From an uncultured delta proteobacterium (lineage in GTDB: Bacteria > Desulfobacterota > Binatia > Binatales > Binataceae), in NCBI GenBank assembly GCA_963794325.1, contig CAWCDG010000002.1, forward strand, positions 96,001-160,000: a stretch of 64,000 nt of DNA. Reading direction: 5' to 3'. Positions 59,633 to 64,000 of the stretch are shown here, piece after piece. The stretch's first letter is position 1, and each line of letters starts with the position of its first letter. Both the position numbers and the translations under genes were made by a program. The notes beneath the pieces were generated by a model, which made no database searches, was not told the origin of the DNA, and was given only the letters and a program-made list of their open reading frames with translations.

Positions 59633-59773
59633 ATCCGCTTTTTGCTTCCGACGCGCAATTTCAACACCTGACTAGCCAAAAGCCTCTTACGCTGGCAGAC
59701 TCAATCCGGCAAGCTAGAGGTGCCCCGCGCCGGGGCGGTAGCCGGAGACGAAGTTGCGCGAAATGGATTTTCA

Positions 59774-60403
59774 ATGCATCGGATAGCCGACCCCACACAT
59801 ATCGAGGCCGTGCTCTCCGCGTGGGGCTATCTCGGCATCTTCGTCGCCGTGTTCGTCGGCAACCTCGGCATCCCGGTGCCAGAGGAAACCGTGATGCTCG
59901 CCGCGGGATTCCTCGCGGGACAGGCGATTCTCGATCTGCGGCTCGTCTATTTGGTCGTGATCGTCAGCGCGGTCGTCGGCGACTGCTGCGGCTACCTCAT
60001 CGGGCGAACCGGCGGGCAGCGCGTGCTGATGTGGTTGGCGACAACCTTTCCGTTCATGCGCACGCGCTACGAACGGCTCCAGCTTTTCTTTCAGACTCAC
60101 GGCAGCAAAGCAGTCTTCATGGCGCGATTTATCACCGGCGTGCGATTCATGGCGGGGCCGATGGCGGGTGCGTGCGGGATGCCGTTTCTGCAGTTCCTCG
60201 GATGGAACGTACTTGGCGCGATAGTGTGGTGCTCGCTGGTGGTGACCGTCGGTTACCTGGTCGGCGACGAATTGTATCCTGCGCTGGCGATGGCGCATCA
60301 GATTTCGCGATGGATCGGCGTGGCCGGCTTGGTACTGTTGTCACTGATCCTGATCTATTGGTGGAGGGACCGCCGTCCTGCAGTGTCGAGGCCTCAACCG
60401 TAG
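59774..60403 (+). CDS. DedA family membrane protein
   Basis: GIPVPEET, GDCCGYLIGR, ARFITGVR. Confidence 0.9.
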   Translation: MHRIADPTHIEAVLSAWGYLGIFVAVFVGNLGIPVPEETVMLAAGFLAGQAILDLRLVYLVVIVSAVVGDCCGYLIGRTGGQRVLMWLATTFPFMRTRYERLQLFFQTHGSKAVFMARFITGVRFMAGPMAGACGMPFLQFLGWNVLGAIVWCSLVVTVGYLVGDELYPALAMAHQISRWIGVAGLVLLSLILIYWWRDRRPAVSRPQP

Positions 60404-60428
60404 TCGCGGTCGCTCCTGCGTCGCCGTC

Positions 60429-61110
60429 GTGGGGCTGGTGCTCGCACTTACTGGATGCAAGCCAGGCACGCGTCTCAACGTGCACTATCTTCCGGACTTC
60501 GTGCCGGGATCCCAGAATATTTTTCGTCCCGCGAAAATTGCGGTGACTCCAACCGCGGGAAGTATCGGCGCGGGCGAGTACCCGGTCGGCGCGATTTATA
60601 CTGCGGACGGCACCAAGCAGACGCCACTGGCGGTTGTCGATGCGGGCCGCGTATTCAACAACGCCTTGATCAAAGGTTTGACGGATGCCGGGCTGGTGCC
60701 CGTGCCGCTCGATTCGAGTCCGGACGACGGCAAACCGCCGGAGGGATCGGATTTCATCCTCAATTCCGAGATCGAACAGCTCGAAGTGAACAAGCGATTC
60801 GGCGCGAACCAGACGATACACGGCCAGTACTTCACGATGAGCGCGGTTAGTGCGCGCGAAGTTCGAGCTCAGGAATCGCGACGGCCAGGTGATTTACTCC
60901 GGCGAGATCAGCGGGATCGAGAACGAACCGCCAAATCCGGTAGGCGCCGAGGTTTTTCTGCCACTCGAGACGGAGCCCGTCGAGTCCTTGTCGGTGGCAC
61001 TCTCGCGCGCCGTCGGCCAGCTGATGCTCCAGCCGGATTTTCGTGCCGCACTGCCGATGCGAGCGGCGGTGACGACTCCCGCATCGACGCCGCCAGCGTC
61101 GCATTCCTGA
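60429..61110 (+). CDS. Hypothetical lipoprotein (+1 frameshift near 60848)
   Basis: Lipobox LTGC; continues in ORF 60850..61110. Confidence 0.55.
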
Positions 61111-61196
61111 AAAGTCCGCAGCGTAGGCGCGATTGGCAGTAATTGTGGCTGCTTAACCATTGCTGCCAACATGGTTGCGCGCGATAATTCGCCGCA

Positions 61197-62213
61197 ATGA
61201 AGATCATTGGCAGATTCCCGAAGATGCGCACGCGGCGAATCGTGATGGTCGCGTTTCCGGACGCGCAGATCATCGATATCACCGGCCCGCTCGAAGTGTT
61301 CGGGCGCGCCGCGCGATTGCTGAGCGATGAACGCGGCTGGCGCGTGCCGGCATACACGGTCGAAATTGCGGCAACGAAGGCGGGCCCGTTCGCAACTTCG
61401 TCCGGGATTCGGCTGATTGCGGATCGCTCGATAGGCGAAGTGCGCGGGCCGATCGACACGCTGCTGGTCGCCGGTGGTCGCGGAACCACCGATGCGATTC
61501 GCGATCGCGGGTTGATCGAATGGCTCCGGCGGAGCATCGGTCGCACCCGCCGCCTATGCTCGGTCTGCACGGGAGCATTCCTGATCGCGGAGGCCGGTCT
61601 GCTCGACGGACTTCGCGCGACGACCCATTGGCGGCAATGCGAGCAGCTCGCGACGCGCTATCCGGCCGTCACAGTCGAGACCGATCCGATATTCGTGCGC
61701 GCGGGAAAAATATTCACGTCGGCGGGCGTTACCGCGGGAATTGATCTGGCGCTGGCGTTGCTCGAGGACGATCACGGCCGCGACGTTGCGCTGGCGGTGG
61801 CGCGCGAGTTGGTCATGTTCCTACGGCGTCCGGGCGGGCAGTCGCAGTTTTCCGTGCAGCTCAGCGCGCAGCAGGCGGATCGCGAGCCTATCCGCGATTT
61901 GCAGCGATGGATTGCAGACCATCTTGGCGCCGAACTGTCGGTTGAAGCGCTGGCGCGGCGTACTGCGATGAGCCCGCGCAACTTCGCCCGTGTGTTCACG
62001 CGCGAAGTCGGAGTGACGCCCGGAGAATTCGTCGAGAACCTGCGCGTCGAAGCGGCGCGACGAAGACTCGAGGAATCGAGCGAAGGCGTCGATTCGATTG
62101 CATCAAAGTGCGGCTTCGGCACGCGCGAGTCGATGCGCCGCGCGTTCATCCGCACACTGCACGTGCCGCCGAGCGCATATCGAAACCGATTTCAACAAAA
62201 ACTCAGCGCCTGA
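61197..62213 (+). CDS. GlxA family AraC transcriptional regulator
   Basis: SVCTGAF, ATTHW, TSAGVTAGID, RRPGGQSQFS, AraC HTH. Confidence 0.93.
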   Translation: MKIIGRFPKMRTRRIVMVAFPDAQIIDITGPLEVFGRAARLLSDERGWRVPAYTVEIAATKAGPFATSSGIRLIADRSIGEVRGPIDTLLVAGGRGTTDAIRDRGLIEWLRRSIGRTRRLCSVCTGAFLIAEAGLLDGLRATTHWRQCEQLATRYPAVTVETDPIFVRAGKIFTSAGVTAGIDLALALLEDDHGRDVALAVARELVMFLRRPGGQSQFSVQLSAQQADREPIRDLQRWIADHLGAELSVEALARRTAMSPRNFARVFTREVGVTPGEFVENLRVEAARRRLEESSEGVDSIASKCGFGTRESMRRAFIRTLHVPPSAYRNRFQQKLSA

Positions 62214-62230
62214 CGAAAAAGGAGAACGCC

Positions 62231-62875
62231 ATGCGAATTGCCTTTCTGATTTTCGACGAGCTGACCACGCTCGATGCGATCGGACCGTTCGAAGTGCTGT
62301 GCCGAATTCCGGGCGCCGAGGTGATGTTCGTCGGCGAGACCGCGGGTATCAAGCGCGCCGATCCGAAATCGCTCGGCATCGTCGCGGACTATTCAATCGC
62401 CGACGTGACCAGCGCGGACATACTGGTATTGCCAGGAGGACGCGGCGAAGCGCAGGTGCGCGAAAAACCGCACATGCTCGAGTGGGTGCGACAAATCGAC
62501 GCGACTACGCAATGGACGACGTCGGTCTGCACGGGAGCGCTGGTGCTTGGCGCGGCCGGCCTGCTCAAAGGACGGCCCGCGACGACGCATTGGGCGCGAC
62601 TCGAGAAGTTGCGCGAGTTCGGCGCGGAGCCGCGTTCACAGCGCGTCGTCGAGGACGGAAAAATGATTACAGCGGCCGGAGTATCCGCGGGAATCGACAT
62701 GGCGCTGCATCTGGTCCGTCGCGTCGCAGGCGATACGATCGCGCAGGCGATCCAGGTGGGCATCGAATACGATCCGCAGCCGCCCTTCGACGGAAACGCG
62801 GGCCGCGCGCCCGCGCACGTGATGGAGGTTTTGCGCCCGCGGTATCAGCGGCCAGCGGTGAAAACCGCTACTTAA
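62231..62875 (+). CDS. DJ-1/PfpI family protein (isonitrile hydratase-like)
   Basis: LDAIGP, TSVCTG, AAGVSAGID, EYDPQPPF. Confidence 0.9.
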   Translation: MRIAFLIFDELTTLDAIGPFEVLCRIPGAEVMFVGETAGIKRADPKSLGIVADYSIADVTSADILVLPGGRGEAQVREKPHMLEWVRQIDATTQWTTSVCTGALVLGAAGLLKGRPATTHWARLEKLREFGAEPRSQRVVEDGKMITAAGVSAGIDMALHLVRRVAGDTIAQAIQVGIEYDPQPPFDGNAGRAPAHVMEVLRPRYQRPAVKTAT

Positions 62876-62880
62876 TTAAT

Positions 62881-63065
62881 GTGAAACCCGCGGTGGGTTT
62901 CACGCTTCCTTCGGCAGGGGTGACCCCTGCACCCAGTGAGAATCGCGAAATGTTGAGGACAACCTTTCGCTCTCAGGGGATTGATTTTGGTGGCACAGGC
63001 TTTAGCCTGTGATTTTCTGGTCCATGCATATCCAGGGAAGAATCACAGGCTGAAGCCTGTGCCAC
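62881..63065 (+). repeat. Core A element followed by a complete GTGG-type REP doublet (62990-63065)
   Basis: gtggcacaggctttagcctgtg...cacaggctgaagcctgtgccac; half copies near 28160-28255 and 48708-48755. Confidence 0.9.
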
Positions 63066-63222
63066 GTGTGGATCGGAGAGCCGCGGGCGGGGCCGCCCGC
63101 GCCACAAAATTCAACCGCCGCTAAATCCCTGAAAATGGCGCGAGCCGCAGTGCCCGCTGCACCCAACGTCTATGGCGGTTCGAGTCGAGGCGGACTAGTT
63201 ACAATGTCGGAGGCCGCTGCCG

Positions 63223-64000
63223 ATGACAGAGCATTTCACAAACCGCATCGACGTTCATTTTCATTATCTGAGCCCAACGTATCGCGAGCAGATGATCGAC
63301 GCGGTCGGCGGTTCGCCGGATGGGTTTGCGGCGCCGCAATGGAGCGTCGAGACCACGCTCGCGATGATGGATCGGATGAACATCGCGACCGGGATGTTAT
63401 CGGTGTCTTCTCCCGGAGTGCATTTCGGCAACGATGCGAAGGCGCGCGTGCTCGCTCGATCGGTCAACGAGTTTGCGGCGCGTACGATGGGAGAGCATCG
63501 CGGCCGCTTTGGCGGCTTCGCGAGCCTGCCGCTTCCTGACGTTGATGGTGCGCTCGAAGAGATCGCCTATGCGCTGGATACGCTCAAGCTCGACGGCATC
63601 GTCATGCTGACCAACTTCAATGGCGTGTACCTCGGCGACAAGCGGCTCGATCCGGTGTTCGATGAACTCAACCGGCGCGGCGCGGTCGTCTTCATTCATC
63701 CGACCTCGCCGATATGCTGGCAGCAGAGCGCACTCGGATATCCGCGCCCGATGATCGAGTTCACCTTCGACAGCACGCGGGCGGTGGTCAATCTGATTTT
63801 CAGTGGCACGACGACGCACTGTCCAAAAGTTCGTTTCATCGTGCCGCACGCGGGCGGCACTCTACCGTTCCTGGCGCGTCGAATCGGGATGTTCGGCAGG
63901 GGTGTGGCCGGTGGCACTCCGGTCCCCGCGGAAGAGCATCTGCGCAAGATGTATTACGATCTCGCAGGCTCGCCCGGCTCGAACGCAATCGGGCCGCTAC
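63223..64000 (+). CDS. Amidohydrolase family decarboxylase-like protein, 3' end beyond the window
   Basis: Manual translation MTEHFTNRIDVHFHY...LSVSSPGV...VFIHP...PHAGG; GGAGG RBS. Confidence 0.88.
   Translation, partial: MTEHFTNRIDVHFHYLSPTYREQMIDAVGGSPDGFAAPQWSVETTLAMMDRMNIATGMLSVSSPGVHFGNDAKARVLARSVNEFAARTMGEHRGRFGGFASLPLPDVDGALEEIAYALDTLKLDGIVMLTNFNGVYLGDKRLDPVFDELNRRGAVVFIHPTSPICWQQSALGYPRPMIEFTFDSTRAVVNLIFSGTTTHCPKVRFIVPHAGGTLPFLARRIGMFGRGVAGGTPVPAEEHLRKMYYDLAGSPGSNAIGPL

Noticed and set aside
14540-60850. Programmed frameshifting at ~14543, ~37930 and ~60848
   Set aside because: Each is one extra base in a short homopolymer with no slippery heptamer; most likely sequencing or polishing errors.
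61197-62875. GlxA regulator plus DJ-1/PfpI pair as a new system
   Set aside because: Common, well-described arrangement.

Overview
High-GC bacterial chromosomal window. The gene repertoire suggests a Candidatus Binatota/Binataceae-like soil deltaproteobacterium (inference only). Core genes: recO, a RavA-like AAA+ ATPase, a CoA-transferase–tldD–pmbA operon, gatCAB, yraN, serS, pstCAB-phoU-phoB-phoR, tRNA-Arg(ACG), gloA, many catabolic enzymes and a GT-C/GtrA/DedA envelope cluster. No integrase, transposase or CRISPR array is visible. Even so, there are three hotspots where cargo has accumulated in tandem between direct repeats of host sequence: (1) three copies of the 64-bp 3' end of a histidine phosphatase gene (117-4015), (2) four copies of the tRNA-Arg 3' end (34414-39195), and (3) the gatC–serS interval, with a 475-bp direct repeat and a 28-bp duplication of the serS start. 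Intergenic DNA is full of modular, sometimes nested, palindromic repeat families, including one multi-hairpin element present about 10 times. Best new candidates are a twin-hairpin anti-Shine-Dalgarno sRNA upstream of the tRNA, a possibly circularly permuted ML/NPC2-like protein, a NirB-flavoprotein–PNPOx fusion and an HEPN-motif cargo gene. Several single-base frameshifts are probably sequencing errors.
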